Positions 38,562 through 50,119 of a stretch of DNA of 64,000 bases are shown here, piece by piece (position 1 is the first letter of the stretch; each line of letters begins with the position of its first letter). The notes under the pieces are model-generated. The model ran no database searches, was not told where the DNA came from, and was given only the letters and a program-made list of their open reading frames with translations. The DNA is from a virus. The translations under genes were made by a program, and so were the position numbers. The DNA is taken from IMG/VR virus record IMGVR_UViG_3300037423_002564; one strand, 5' to 3'.

Positions 38562-39425
38562 ATGCTGTACATGACCAAGGCCGCCGCCTGGACCGCCGGC
38601 CACAAGATCACCCTGGGGCTCGCCGACCTGGTGGGCCTGCGCATCACCCGCAACGTCTGCCACGACGTGTACGCCCGCTACCGCAGCCGCCACGGCCGAC
38701 CGGAGGGCCACCAGTGCATCGGCCACCAGGCCGTGCGGCACGAGCGCGAGGCCCTCACCGGCCGCGGCTACATCATCGACCGGGTCGAGCGCCGCTGCTG
38801 GATCTCCATCCAGCCCGTCACCGGCGACGACCGCGAGTGGCCCGGCTTCTGCCTGACCCAGGCGGAGTGGGCGCAGTTCTGGCGCGGCGAGGTGACGCGC
38901 GTCTCCACCGAGCCGATGGGCGACGTCGACCGCGCCTACGCGAGCTACCACTGGCGCGGCTTGGAGTTCGAGATGCTGGACTACAGCGGCACGTTCCGCC
39001 GGCTGCGCCTGGAGGTGCCGCGCGAGCTGGTGCAGGCTGCCATCGGCAAGGTCATGACCCTGGGCTACGGCGATCGCTACGGCCGCAACACCACGCGGCT
39101 CGTGCCCATCACGGAGCGCCACAAGGCGTTCTGGTCGCCTAATGCGCGCATCGTCTGGGAAGGCGAGGTCTACGACGCCTACCAGGCGCGCAAGGACTGG
39201 GCGGCGGGCTACGCCGGCAGCGACCGCACGCTGGCCGACCTGATCGAGGACAAGCTCCAGCAGGCCCGCAACCGCAGCCGCAGCCAGGCCGACAGCTACT
39301 CCGTCCACGTCCACTGGGAGAAGCCCAACAACTTCGTCTGGACGATCCTGCGTGACCGGGACAATGCCTTCGTGTACAACGGTGGCCTGATCTGGCGCGG
39401 CGACCACTATAGCTCCCACACGTAA
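38562..39425 (+). CDS. Hypothetical protein
   Basis: ATG after AAAGGAG; C-terminal YNGGLIW...YSSHT. Confidence 0.7.
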   Translation: MLYMTKAAAWTAGHKITLGLADLVGLRITRNVCHDVYARYRSRHGRPEGHQCIGHQAVRHEREALTGRGYIIDRVERRCWISIQPVTGDDREWPGFCLTQAEWAQFWRGEVTRVSTEPMGDVDRAYASYHWRGLEFEMLDYSGTFRRLRLEVPRELVQAAIGKVMTLGYGDRYGRNTTRLVPITERHKAFWSPNARIVWEGEVYDAYQARKDWAAGYAGSDRTLADLIEDKLQQARNRSRSQADSYSVHVHWEKPNNFVWTILRDRDNAFVYNGGLIWRGDHYSSHT

Positions 39426-39432
39426 GGAGGGG

Positions 39433-40272
39433 ATGATGGGTAAGCACTACGACTACCTCAAGCAAGACCACCAGGAGCGCGTGGAGCGGGAGCGCCAGTT
39501 CCAAGAAGCGCTGAAGATCACGAAGGAACGCAAGGGGGACGCCATCCAGCGCGAGGGCATCTACTTCGTGGGCGTGTACAACCTCGTGAAGCAGTGCATC
39601 GAGCAGGTCAAGGCCGACTTGGGGATCACCTTCAAGACGGGCGACAAGATCGAGCACTGCGCCCGGCACTGGACGTTCCCGGAGGACTATTACGTCTTGG
39701 ACGAGACCTACCAGACGCAGGCGTTCAGCGGCCCGCTCTTCCGCCATTGGGCCTGGGGCCAGGAGGTCCGGCTCGACCACCCGAAGCACTCGGGCCGCTA
39801 CGTCAGCCTAAAGCTCGCCATTGGCCTGGGCCTGTTCTCGACCACGATGGATCCGTGGGACCCCAAGGACCGCCGCACCGACCCGTGGGACGACGATCTG
39901 TTCACCTACATGGGGCTTCAGATCTACGTCTACCACGACCAGATGGTCGACGAGCAGCGCCGCAAGATCGCCCCGCAGGCCCACTGGGTCGTCCTGCCGA
40001 CCGAGGCCAAGTCCATGAAGCCGTCCGATCTCTTGGAGATGCTCGCGGCCTCGTTTGTGGTCATCACCACCTTGGTGGAGGATCTGCCCAATTACGAGAC
40101 GTTCTGGTGCGAGCAGAACTTCGACAACGCCCCGTCCTCGCAGGCCCTGGAAGACGCGGTCGGTGACGCCATCGACAAGATCTTCCCCGACCACGAGATG
40201 CCGCTCTTGAGCTTCAGCTTGAGCGACGCCGAGCGCATCGTTCCCGTCCAGCCGGTCGTGATCACGACCTAG
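39433..40272 (+). CDS. Hypothetical protein
   Basis: ATG after AAGGAGG. Confidence 0.7.
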   Translation: MMGKHYDYLKQDHQERVERERQFQEALKITKERKGDAIQREGIYFVGVYNLVKQCIEQVKADLGITFKTGDKIEHCARHWTFPEDYYVLDETYQTQAFSGPLFRHWAWGQEVRLDHPKHSGRYVSLKLAIGLGLFSTTMDPWDPKDRRTDPWDDDLFTYMGLQIYVYHDQMVDEQRRKIAPQAHWVVLPTEAKSMKPSDLLEMLAASFVVITTLVEDLPNYETFWCEQNFDNAPSSQALEDAVGDAIDKIFPDHEMPLLSFSLSDAERIVPVQPVVITT

Positions 40273-40276
40273 AGAG

Positions 40277-40648
40277 GTGAGCCGCATGCGCGTAACCTGG
40301 CGCCACATCCTGCGCCTGGCCGAATACCAGACCATCCGGGGGGAGTTCAAGCCCAGGCCGGACCGCCAGTGCTGCGCCTGCGGCCACAAGTTCCCCTTGG
40401 AGGCCGAGGACACGGATGATCACTACTTCGTCGCCTTCGACACGGACGGCGGGCGGCAGTTGGGCGGCGTGTGGTGGTGCCGGCGCTGCTGGCAGACCCC
40501 CGGCAAGGTGCCCATCATCGTGCGCGAGGCCCTCGCCACGATCAACGTGGAGCAAGGGGAACTGTTCACGGTCCGCCACTTCGGCGTCCTTCTGGGCGTC
40601 TGGAACAACAACTGCGCGCCCATGGAGCAGGCCGTTGAATCCCCTTGA
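40277..40648 (+). CDS. Small CxxC..CxxC protein with TDGGR variant motif
   Basis: CCACG...AFDTDGGRQLGG..WCRRC. Confidence 0.65.
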   Translation: MSRMRVTWRHILRLAEYQTIRGEFKPRPDRQCCACGHKFPLEAEDTDDHYFVAFDTDGGRQLGGVWWCRRCWQTPGKVPIIVREALATINVEQGELFTVRHFGVLLGVWNNNCAPMEQAVESP

Positions 40649-40976
40649 TTGCCTGACCTGCGGCTACCGCATCTACGACCACGGCGACGTTCACCGGGAC
40701 GTCTACACCTACACCTTCTACGCCGACTCCGGCCGCCAGCTCCGAGAGGGAAGCCGATGCCACACCCACTGGATTCCACCCACCTTCCTGCCGGGCCTGC
40801 TCGCCAAGCTCACGCTCAACACCTGGAACGGCGAGATCCACCGGATCATCACGGGCTGGGCGCCAGAGCTGTGGAAGCAGGCGCCCGACTCACCTGGCGG
40901 GTTCTCCCGACCGCGGAAGAAACGTCGGAGTGGCACTGCACGTTCTGCTGGAAGGGTCTCAACGGCTACCCGCTAG
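40635..40976 (+). CDS. Small Cys/His protein with ADSGR motif
   Basis: TTG 40635; CLTCG...FYADSGRQLREG..CHTH. Confidence 0.6.
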   Translation: MNPLDCLTCGYRIYDHGDVHRDVYTYTFYADSGRQLREGSRCHTHWIPPTFLPGLLAKLTLNTWNGEIHRIITGWAPELWKQAPDSPGGFSRPRKKRRSGTARSAGRVSTATR

Positions 40977-41185
40977 TAGGCATCGCGGTCTACCAGTGGT
41001 GGGCCGACTCTGGACGGCGGCTGGGCGGCATCATGTGCTGCCAGACCTGCCAGCGCAACGGCGAGATGCCGGACTTCATCCACGTCAACCACGACCATCC
41101 CGGTCTCAAGCAGTTCTACGGCACCCAGGACGAGATCGAGCCCGTGCTCGGCATCGTCGCGTGGGGCCACCCCAGCCTCGCATAG
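40871..41185 (+). CDS. Small CxxC..CxxC protein with ADSGR motif (start uncertain)
   Basis: CTFC...WWADSGRRLGG..CCQTC. Confidence 0.6.
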   Translation: MEAGARLTWRVLPTAEETSEWHCTFCWKGLNGYPLVGIAVYQWWADSGRRLGGIMCCQTCQRNGEMPDFIHVNHDHPGLKQFYGTQDEIEPVLGIVAWGHPSLA

Positions 41186-41199
41186 AAAGGGACCACCCT

Positions 41200-42902
41200 A
41201 TGACCACCGAATCCTACGACCCCGCGGCGTACTTCGCCGGCGCGCCCGCCAGCAAGATGGTCGACTACCACGGCCGCGGCATGGACCTCTCCTGGCCGCC
41301 CGGCCTCGACCCGAAGCGGGTGCAGCCGGGTCTCTACCGCCGGCACGGCCGCATCAACCCGGGCCACACCTTCCGCGTCTACGGCCTGGTCTACAACATG
41401 ACCACGCCGCACGGCATGGGCGGGGACGCCTGGGGCATGGGCGCCAACCAGAGCGCGCCCAAGATCCTGGTCGAGGCCCTAAAACCGCGGCCGGACGACG
41501 AGCCGCAGTGGCAGATGTACGAGATCCCCCACTTCACCCAGGAGTTCCTCAAGGCCGACGCCAAGAGCGTCTCCGACCCCGGCATCCACTTCTTCGAGCG
41601 CATCGGAGACTAGCCCCATGAACCTCGCGGAGTTCAACGAGCGCTGGCTGCGGGACCCGGACTTCCCCCAGGCCGTTCAGCATATGAGCATGCCAGACCT
41701 GGCGCGTCTGGTGGATGAAGCATCGGCGGCGTTCAAGGGGCCCGACCCGTTGCGCGGTATGATGCCGCGGGAGTTGCTGTTCTACACATACATGCGGCGG
41801 CTGGAAGCGTGGCTGCTGGCCTTCGAGCCGCCCAAGGCCAACGGAAAGAAGAGGAAGGACGCCTGATGGGCAAGCTATCACCGGAAGATCGCGATCGCAT
41901 CGCCGAGCTGGAGGCCAAGGCCAAGGGCCAGGACGAGGTGGCGGAAGCCTACCGGCGCAAGGGCGACGACTACAACGCGGCCGACTCCGAGAAGGACGCG
42001 CGGAACCTGCGCGCGCACGCGGACTTCATCCGCAACGGCGGCCAGCCGCCGGCCGAGGACGACTTCGGCGAGTACAGCGACCTGCTGCGTGGCGGCAAGA
42101 CGCCATGAAGACCACCATCTGCTTCGGCTGCGCGCGCGTGGGCGAGCCCGCCACCCGCACCAAGATCGTGGGCCTGGCCTCGCCGCAGGAGACGCAGGAG
42201 CGCTACTGCCCCGCCTGCGGCCGGGACAACGACCTGGTGGACCTCGACCCGGAGAAGGACCCGCTCTCCTACGCCCAGGACGTGGTGAGGGACTTCGCCA
42301 CCGCCGTCGGCATCGGCGACCACTGGACCGGCCCCAACTTCCCCTCCGCCCAGGTCAAACACGACGTCGAGCAGGCCATCCTGCGGCTGTACGGCCTGGC
42401 CCCTACCGAAGGAGATTCCCCGCATGGATAAGGTGAACCGGGCGTTCTACGTGGGTAACAGCTACTGGAACGCCTCGCTGCAACAGTTCTGCGGCACCAA
42501 CACCGAGTTCTCCATCACCTACGCCGGCCGCGACGTGCGTGCGGGCATCGGCGAGGTGGTCGTCATCGCCCCGGCCAAGGACAACCCGGCGGCCCCCGCG
42601 ATCTTCGTCTTGGACAGCGGGACGGACGAGACCGTCAGCTTCACGCGCATCCGATGAGGATCCACAACCCGAAGACCGGCCAGTGGGTGGAGACCCGCTG
42701 CACCGGATGCCCGTGCCACTGGCACAGCGCCATCGTGATGGGCGACGGCCTGGACGACGGTTGCTGCCGTGAGTGCGGCTGCCCCCGCAGCGAAGCCGGC
42801 TGGGCCTACTACGTCAAGGAGCACCCCGACCGCGTCCGCGGCCACGAGCCGGAGCTAGGTGGCGACACGCCCCGGCCCGGCGACGCCCCGGCGCTTGAAT
42901 AG
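41200..42902 (+). other. Six small hypothetical genes: 41200-41613, 41618-41866, 41866-42108, 42105-42431, 42424-42657, 42654-42902
   Basis: Abutting or overlapping ORFs on one strand; two are Cys-rich. Confidence 0.6.
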
Positions 42903-42915
42903 AAAGCGAGACCCC

Positions 42916-43164
42916 ATGAGCGACAGCGAGACCATCGTAGCGCTCGCGCGAGCCAAGCCTTGTCCGTTCTGCAACTCGGTCCTCTTGCGGATCGAGTACG
43001 AGTCCATGTCCCTGCGTGTCTGCTGCCAGACCTGCTATGCCAAGGGTCCCACCGCCAAGAGCGGCGACCCGCATCGGCTGCATCACGACGGCCGCGAGTA
43101 CAAGCCTGCCGTCGACGCCTGGAACCAGCGGCGCCGCAAGTACAAGAACAGCAAGCTGGCCTGA
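42916..43164 (+). CDS. Lar-like (restriction alleviation family) zinc-ribbon protein
   Basis: KPCPFCNS...CQTCYAKGP...AVDAWNQR. Confidence 0.65.
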   Translation: MSDSETIVALARAKPCPFCNSVLLRIEYESMSLRVCCQTCYAKGPTAKSGDPHRLHHDGREYKPAVDAWNQRRRKYKNSKLA

Positions 43165-43196
43165 TAACACCAGTTCTCTGGAAAGGAGGTTAAGCC

Positions 43197-44366
43197 TTGA
43201 GCATGGAGATACCGTCCACCCATTTCAATGGGCGGAGCCTGCACGAGCATGCCGAAAAGCACTGGATGCGAACCACGCCAGAGGTGGTCTTGGAATACAT
43301 CAAGACCCAATATCCCGTGATGCCCAACAAGGACATCTCAAAGGAGATTGAAAAAAGGTTTGGTCAAGTCATTCCAGAGCACGAAATTATGCGCGCTGGC
43401 AACAAGTTTGGGTTCACGAAGAAGAACAGGGGGCGCAAGCCTTCCGCCACCAAGCTGGAGTGGCCCGCGGAGGTCGACAACCTGCTGCGCAACTGGGCCG
43501 CGCAGGGGATCCCCCTGCGCGAGCAGCCGGCGCTCATGGATGCGCTCTTCCCGGGTCGCTACAACTACTACAACATCAACCAGCGGCGTAGCCTCTTGGG
43601 TCTCACCAGACGGTCCCCATGGGAGGGGCGCCCCACCGAGATCCTTGAGGACCGCTATGGCGTGTGGAGCACCCCGGCCATCGTGCGCGCCATTGAGCGC
43701 GAAACGGGCCAGAAGTTCACGCCGAAGGCCGCCCACGAGCGCGCCCTCAACCTGGGTCTAACCGCCAGCGACGCGCGCGGATGGTTCAACCTGAACGCCG
43801 CGTCGGTCGAGGTCCAGACCGACGTGCTCACCTTGGAGAGGTGCTGCAAGAAGCTCGGGGTTCCACTTCGCGGGCGCGGCACGTATCGATTCATCGACGA
43901 GCGCGGGATGGCGACGTTGCGCGGCGTCTTCCCCGACCTAGGGGAACCCGTGTTGACGGTGGACACGGCGGCGAAGGCACTGAGATGCACCGGGAAGGCG
44001 GTTCGCGCGCTAATCCTTGGTGGGCACCTTTCGGCCAGACGCTGGGGTCTCCACAACCAATGGCTGATCCCAGAGCGAGAGATTGCGCGCTACAAGAGCA
44101 AGCCAGGCTGGTTTCGTGACGATGTCCGCTGGACCATTTTCGGGCATCTACTTGACCATCATCTGTTCGCGGCGCGATCGCTAATGCCTGTGATCGACCG
44201 CCGGGATGGCGTAAGCCTGGTTCCGTCTCCGACGTGGGAGAAGACCCGCTACCGCAAGGGCGATCCAATAGGTCGAGTTATTGGGTTTTCAGCAGGCGTG
44301 CTTCATCTTGAGTCGCTGTACGGCCCGGTCGTGGTTTCCCTGGACGATACACAGCCAGAAAGTTAG
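43197..44366 (+). CDS. Multi-HTH DNA-binding protein with lower-GC codon usage
   Basis: Excisionase/MerR-like units FNLNAASVEVQTDVLTL and LTVDTAAKALRCTGKAVRALI..G.L.A; AAGGAGG-TTG start. Confidence 0.6.
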   Translation: MSMEIPSTHFNGRSLHEHAEKHWMRTTPEVVLEYIKTQYPVMPNKDISKEIEKRFGQVIPEHEIMRAGNKFGFTKKNRGRKPSATKLEWPAEVDNLLRNWAAQGIPLREQPALMDALFPGRYNYYNINQRRSLLGLTRRSPWEGRPTEILEDRYGVWSTPAIVRAIERETGQKFTPKAAHERALNLGLTASDARGWFNLNAASVEVQTDVLTLERCCKKLGVPLRGRGTYRFIDERGMATLRGVFPDLGEPVLTVDTAAKALRCTGKAVRALILGGHLSARRWGLHNQWLIPEREIARYKSKPGWFRDDVRWTIFGHLLDHHLFAARSLMPVIDRRDGVSLVPSPTWEKTRYRKGDPIGRVIGFSAGVLHLESLYGPVVVSLDDTQPES

Positions 44367-44373
44367 GCATCTC

Positions 44374-44544
44374 ATGTCAGAATGGTACGTGCTTATGACG
44401 GACAGCGGGAGGCCAGTTAGAGATATTCTGGCATTCTCTGTAATAAATGCGCTTCGCCAGGTTCCAGGCTACATGGTGGCAGAAAGAATGTTTCCGCTTA
44501 GGAGTAATATACCAATTGGGGATTATGAAGATGACGACGAATAG
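44374..44544 (+). CDS. 56-aa AT-rich hypothetical protein with TDSGR motif
   Basis: MSEWYVLMTDSGRPVRDIL. Confidence 0.5.
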   Translation: MSEWYVLMTDSGRPVRDILAFSVINALRQVPGYMVAERMFPLRSNIPIGDYEDDDE

Positions 44545-44917
44545 ATGTCAAAGAATCCCAACCGGCGAGAAGTGGGAGTTGGAGCGCACCAACCAGTGCA
44601 AAAACTGCCCGTGGAAGGTGAACTCCAACCCGTTCGAGATTCCAGGCTACGACCCCGTGATGCACGCCGGCCTGGCCGACACGATCGCAGACCCGGACAA
44701 CGTCGACCTGATGGCCCTCACGAAGCCCTTGCGCGCCATGAGTTGCCACGACGAGGAGGAAGCCTACTGCGTGGGCTGGCTCTACAACCAGCTCAACCAG
44801 GGCAACAACGTGGCCCTGCGCGTGCGCATGTCGCACTGCACCAACGCCAGCAAGCTCCGGGTCTTCGGCGAGCAGCATGAGACCTTCGAGGACACCATCC
44901 CCACGCGGAAGGAGTGA
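44526..44917 (+). CDS. Cys-rich hypothetical protein (DUF6283-like pattern; start uncertain)
   Basis: QCKNCPWK...MSCH...CVGWL.NQ...LR. Confidence 0.6.
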
Positions 44918-44924
44918 ACGCGCC

Positions 44925-47900
44925 ATGCGAGCGTACAAGACCAACATCAAGCAGTTCGAGGTCGTCGGCTTCCACGACCTCCCCAAGGTGGGCCAGGCCG
45001 TCCCCGTCCTGGTCGAGCGCTCGGACTACAAGGGCCACCAGGGCCAGGAGCAGTTCGAGCAGTACGGCCACGTTTTCCGCGTCGTCGCCGTGGATGCCGA
45101 TGCCATGACGGTCGAGCTGGAGCAGATGGAGACCAACCCGCTGATGAAGATGCAGCGCCCGCTGGTCCACGGCGAGCAGCGCAGCGCTTGGGGCAAGACC
45201 GAGTTCAACGTGCTGGAGCAGCGCCAGAAGGCGACCAGCACGGAGGAGCACTCTTGAGGCCCGAGGACGACGAGCCCACGGAGGCAGAGATCGAGGAGAT
45301 CCTGCGCGAGGGGCGCGAGAACCCGCTGCCCCTCGACGATGCCAAGCGCCTGCTGCGCAAGGTGGGCGAGCATCTGGGCATCCCGCCGGAGGAGGCCGAC
45401 CGCATCGCCGAAGAGCGCGAGCGTCTGGACCGCGGACATGACCAGTGATCAAGGGCTTATTTTATATATCGCCCGTCGCTCCGCCGACAAGAGCGGAGCC
45501 CCAACATTAAACGCCAAGGAACTTAAGTGGATTCTCGGCATCATTCTCGACCGACCAATTACTGACGAATGGCTGAAAGAGACAATGTCTGGAATGCTTA
45601 ATGAGTTAAGACAGTAATTCAGAGAACCATTCTTACCAGGAATTTCCCGCGAGCGGAGCCAGAAACCCGCATCGTTACGTGGAGGTAAACCACCTTGGAA
45701 AACATCACCATCAAGACCGTGGTCTTCCAACGCCCCGAGCGGGACGGCGGCACCACGGCGATCGCCCACTTCCACATGGTCGACGACACCCGCCCGCCCC
45801 TCGCGCGCCTCAAGGAGGCGCTGACGAAGTGGGTGGCGTTCACCAGCGCCGGGCGGGACGCCTGGAAGTCCAGCAGCGAGGACTTCAACATCGGCGACCT
45901 CCGCGATTGGTACGGCGACTCGATGCTGCACTACCTCAACGAGGAGGGCATCACGAGCATCGTGTTCGAGGCCGTGCGCGACAACAACGAAGTGGTCGCC
46001 TACGACGAGCGTCTGGTGAACGACGACGAGATCGACTTCAACGAGCCCGTCGGCATGGAGCAGGGGTAGATGGGGAAGACCGCCAAGGATCAGATGGAGG
46101 CCAACAAGGCGTTCGTCCGCAAGCACTTCCCCCTGGCCCGCTCCGTGGTCCAACACAACGGCGACTACGCTACCTACGAGATCCTCAACATGGGGACCAC
46201 GGGCAGCAGCGCCAACAGCACCACCGACGAAGCGACGGCCTGGTACTACGCGGCGCAGGCCGTGCAGCGGAAGCTCGACCGCGAGGCCAAGCTGAAAGAG
46301 GGCAGGTAGATGGCTTCAACCCTCACTGTCACGCCGGCGATGATAGATGCCCAGAGGGAGGACATCGCATGCCTCGAAAGGCAGCTCGCTCGGGCCAAAC
46401 AAGAACTCCGCGACATGCAGGAGGCATGCCGCAAAGGCGAACCCCTCCCCATCTAGGAACGCAGGAGGTACACAGGGTGACATTCAAGCGCTACGGAGGC
46501 TGCCCCCACTGCAACATGGGCCTTGAAGGTCGCAGCAAGTGGTGCAAGCACTGCCGGAAGTCGGTGAAGCCTACCCTGGCAACGCCAGCGTGGGACAGCC
46601 CGAACGACCATGCCGACGCACCCTACGATGTGCGAGAGCAGTTCTCGTGGTGGTTCTGGCTGACGGCCAGGTTGCGTTTCCGCAGGTAGGAGCATCATGT
46701 CGAAGAAAACCAAGAAGAGCGAGGGCGACAAGGAGTTCGTGCTGGCGCGCTTCCCGGGCGCCAAGGCCGCGCGCCGGAAAGTGTACGCCGGCACCAAGAC
46801 CTACGGCTGGGTCATCGAGGGGGTCGGCGGCCTGCCGATCGCCCCACAGCAGCGCGGCGAGGATGCCGCCTGGGCCGAAGCGGCCAAGGCCATCCGCAAC
46901 TACAGGGAGCAGTAGCCATGTGGCATCTCATCACCGTCGACGGCTACGTCGAGGGACCCTACAAGGGCAAGGGCGGCGTGGTGGCCGCCAAGGACGAGGC
47001 GATGAACCTCGCTCTGGATCCGCGCCGCCGCGAGTCGGCGTTCAAGACCCTGCGGGAGGGCGAGTACGAGCATACGGTCTACCGCGGCTACGAGGGCAAC
47101 CGCTGGCCCTGCTTCTACGTCGTGAGCAGCGACCGCCTGAAGGAATGGCCGGCGGCCTGGGCCCAGTACCAGGAGCGCATGAAGGGCCCGCCGCTGCCGA
47201 CCTATGGCCTGGTCAACAAGGACGGCCTGGACGTGCTCCAGGTGGGCGGCCTGCTGCCGAACGAGCCCGGTCAGCACGACGTCACCAACTGGCACGCCCT
47301 GGTGGACGCCGCCGGCATCCGCGCCTACTTCGGCGAGCCGGAGCTGGCCCGCTTCGTGAGCCATGTGCTCGATCCGGGCCTGTGGGGCGCGCTCACGGAC
47401 GACGACCGCCGGCTCTTGCAGGCGGCGCTTGACGGCTCCAAGTAAGATCATGATGGAGAAGGAGACCGGCATGGCCGACCAAGACGTTCAGGGCAACCCC
47501 TTCGAGGCCATGTTCAAGGCCGCCAAGGAAGACGGCGGGCGCACGCCGGTGAAGGAGCTGGCGCAGCGCTTTGACGTCACGCCGATGTACTTCGTCACGC
47601 AGGTCGGGCGCTACGCCCGCTCGCAGGGCCAGTCCATCCCCATGATGGACTGGAAGACGGAGTTCATCGCCCCGGACGACCGCCAGCCCGAGCAGTGCTT
47701 CCGCCGCGGCTACTGTCACGGCTACCAGCAGGCCGTCGAGGACTTCGAGGCCCTGCTGGCCCAGGCGTACCCCTACCGCGAGGCCAAGGTCGCGCGCATC
47801 GTCAGCACCCTGGGAACCTTCCTGTACGAGCGCCTGACGCAGTTCTGGCGCTACCACAAGACCCAGGAGTTCCCGGTGCCGGTGCCGCATCTGCTGGACG

Positions 47901-49398
47901 AGGCCAACCGGCCGCTGCGCAAGCAGGAGACCACCTGGTGGAAGCGGTGACGCACTTCACGGACGAGCGCGAAGCCTTTGACGCTGGCTTCGCCTTCGCG
48001 TTTGACTGCCTCCAGAAGCTGATGGGCTTCGAGGGGCCGGAGGGGGTTCTGGCGCTCTTCGATCAGCCGTCCCCCGCCGATAGCCTTGCGCCGGCACTTG
48101 CCCGGCACGAGAAAGGATCACCCCATGCAACTTAAGCCAGGCGACACCTTCACCGCGGACAACGTGCAGCTCCGCATCGTGGAAGGCCCCGACGGCACGC
48201 AGAACCTGGAGCTGGACGACACGTCCGACGCCGACTTCTACATCCTTGACGAGGACGTGAGCCCCGACAAGCGCTACGTCAACTGGGACTCCAGCACGCG
48301 CTCCTACGAGGTCGACGACCCGGAAGAGGACGAGGACGACGATGGGGCTGAATAACCGGGAAACCCGCGAAGAAGCCCGAGAAGAGTTCATCGCCACCGG
48401 ACACACGGAGTACAAGCACTTCTCCATCGCCAAGGGCTTCCGCGAGGGCGAGGTGATGATGTTCGGGGTGCATCTGGGCACCTACGAGAACATCGACAAG
48501 GCCCTGGACACGCTCGACGCCTACGAGCCGCCGCTCAAGATGTCGATGTCGGACTGGGGCCTGATCAACAGCCATGGGTGAGCCGTGATCCGCGCGCCCG
48601 TCGAGATCCACTGCGACTCCTGCACCGACTGGATCCACGGCTACACCGACATCCCGAAGAAGGCCCTGGAGGAAGCGAAGCGCCAGGGCTGGATTCGGCG
48701 CAGGGACCCCGACACCAAGAAGATGCAGGACGTCTGTCCGAAATGCCAAAAAGGCAGGAGTAAAGCCAAAGATGGACCTCATCATCAAGATGAACCTAGA
48801 TAACGCCGCCTTCTCGGATGGCAACTCCGAGCACGAGCAGGCCCGCATCCTGCGCAAGCTCGCGGACGACATCGAGAAGTTCAAGGACCCCAGCGCCCTC
48901 TGGGACCTGAACGGCAACCGCGTGGGCACCGTCGAGTACATCAAGTAGGAGCAGCATGAAGAAGAGCTTTGAGATCACCGTTACCATCGAGCTGGAGACC
49001 GTCGGCGAGGGCGGCCTGGCCGAGCACGAGGGCGGCAAGACCCGCGAGCCCTCGAAGGACGACGCCATCGCGTTCGTCGGCCGCGCCGTGGAGTACTACG
49101 CCGGCCGCGGCATCGAGGACGACCAGAACGCCCCGACGCGCCTGAACGACGTGCTGGCGCGGGACTGGAAGACCCGCTAATGAAGCAGGTCACGCTCCCC
49201 GACTTCCTCACCCAGCGGCAGATCGACCACGCGCTCCAGCTCTACAGCGGCAACCAGGGAACGGAGCGCCACAAGGCGATCCGCGACCAGGTGATCGCTC
49301 CGGCGATGGAGGAGATCAACCGCAAGCTGGGCCAGGAGAACGACCCGGACTACCTCACCTACATGGTGGAGTACGTCTTCGGGGCTGCCAGCAAGTAG
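44925..49398 (+). other. Array of ~17 small hypothetical genes, e.g. 44925-45257, 45254-45448, 45438-45617, 45695-46069, 46070-46309, 46310-46456, 46477-46689, 46697-46915, 46918-47445, 47471-47950, 48125-48355, 48342-48581, 48772-48948, 48956-49180, 49180-49398
   Basis: Abutting + strand ORFs, most with RBS. 46310-46456 and 48772-48948 (MDLIIKMNLDNAAF...DLNGNRVG) are below the ORF-track cutoff and were read by hand. Confidence 0.6.
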
Positions 49399-49618
49399 CG
49401 GGGTAAGATCACCAAGGACGTATATCGCGGGCTCGCTTGTTGGCGACCCGCGTTATCACGACCTTTCTCGGCGGCGGCGCCAAGATCGCCATGTTATCTG
49501 GAGCCGAAAATTCGGGCCGATCCCGAAGAACCGCTCCAAACCCGGAAAGCTAGTAAATTAGCCATATAAGGCTGGTTATCCCGACAATTCGATTTATGTC
49601 CAGCAGGAGGATTTACAG
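49399..49618 (+). promoter_or_regulatory. Intergenic terminator/promoter region
   Basis: Hairpin CGCGGG..CCCGCG near 49426-49452; AT-richer stretch with CCATATAA at 49562; AGGAGG before 49619. Confidence 0.5.
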
Positions 49619-50119
49619 ATGGGCGGACCATCCGCGGACACCCGCAGCGACATCTACCGCGTGGACCGGCAGAAGGTTATCTTGCTCTTCCTCGCCGGCC
49701 AGGCGCTGACAGAGCGGCCACGCACCCGGTACGAGTTGAGCCACGACGTCATCCGTGACGGCGACGAGCTGCGGCTCGTGATGTATGGCGAGCACGTCGT
49801 CGCCACCCGCAACTTGAGCACGGGCGCCATCACCATCGACCACTGCGGCTGGCGCACCAAGGAGAGCCAGAAGGTGATCGAGCCCATCCTCGTCCACTTC
49901 TTCGGCTACGTGCTCACGCTCTTGGTCAAGGGCCGCGGCCGTGGGAGAAACCGCGACCGCGAGCCGGTCTGGCGCATCGTCGGACCGACGGTCGATGTGT
50001 CGATCGAGTTCGACAACGCCGTGACGTTCACGCCGGTGGCGCCTTCGGTCTGGGACGTCTCGTCCGAGTTCTCCAGCGAGTTCCGGCGCTTCAACCTGGC
50101 CGCGCGGGCGTCGGCATGA
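49619..50119 (+). CDS. Hypothetical protein
   Basis: ATG after AGGAGG. Confidence 0.7.
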   Translation: MGGPSADTRSDIYRVDRQKVILLFLAGQALTERPRTRYELSHDVIRDGDELRLVMYGEHVVATRNLSTGAITIDHCGWRTKESQKVIEPILVHFFGYVLTLLVKGRGRGRNRDREPVWRIVGPTVDVSIEFDNAVTFTPVAPSVWDVSSEFSSEFRRFNLAARASA

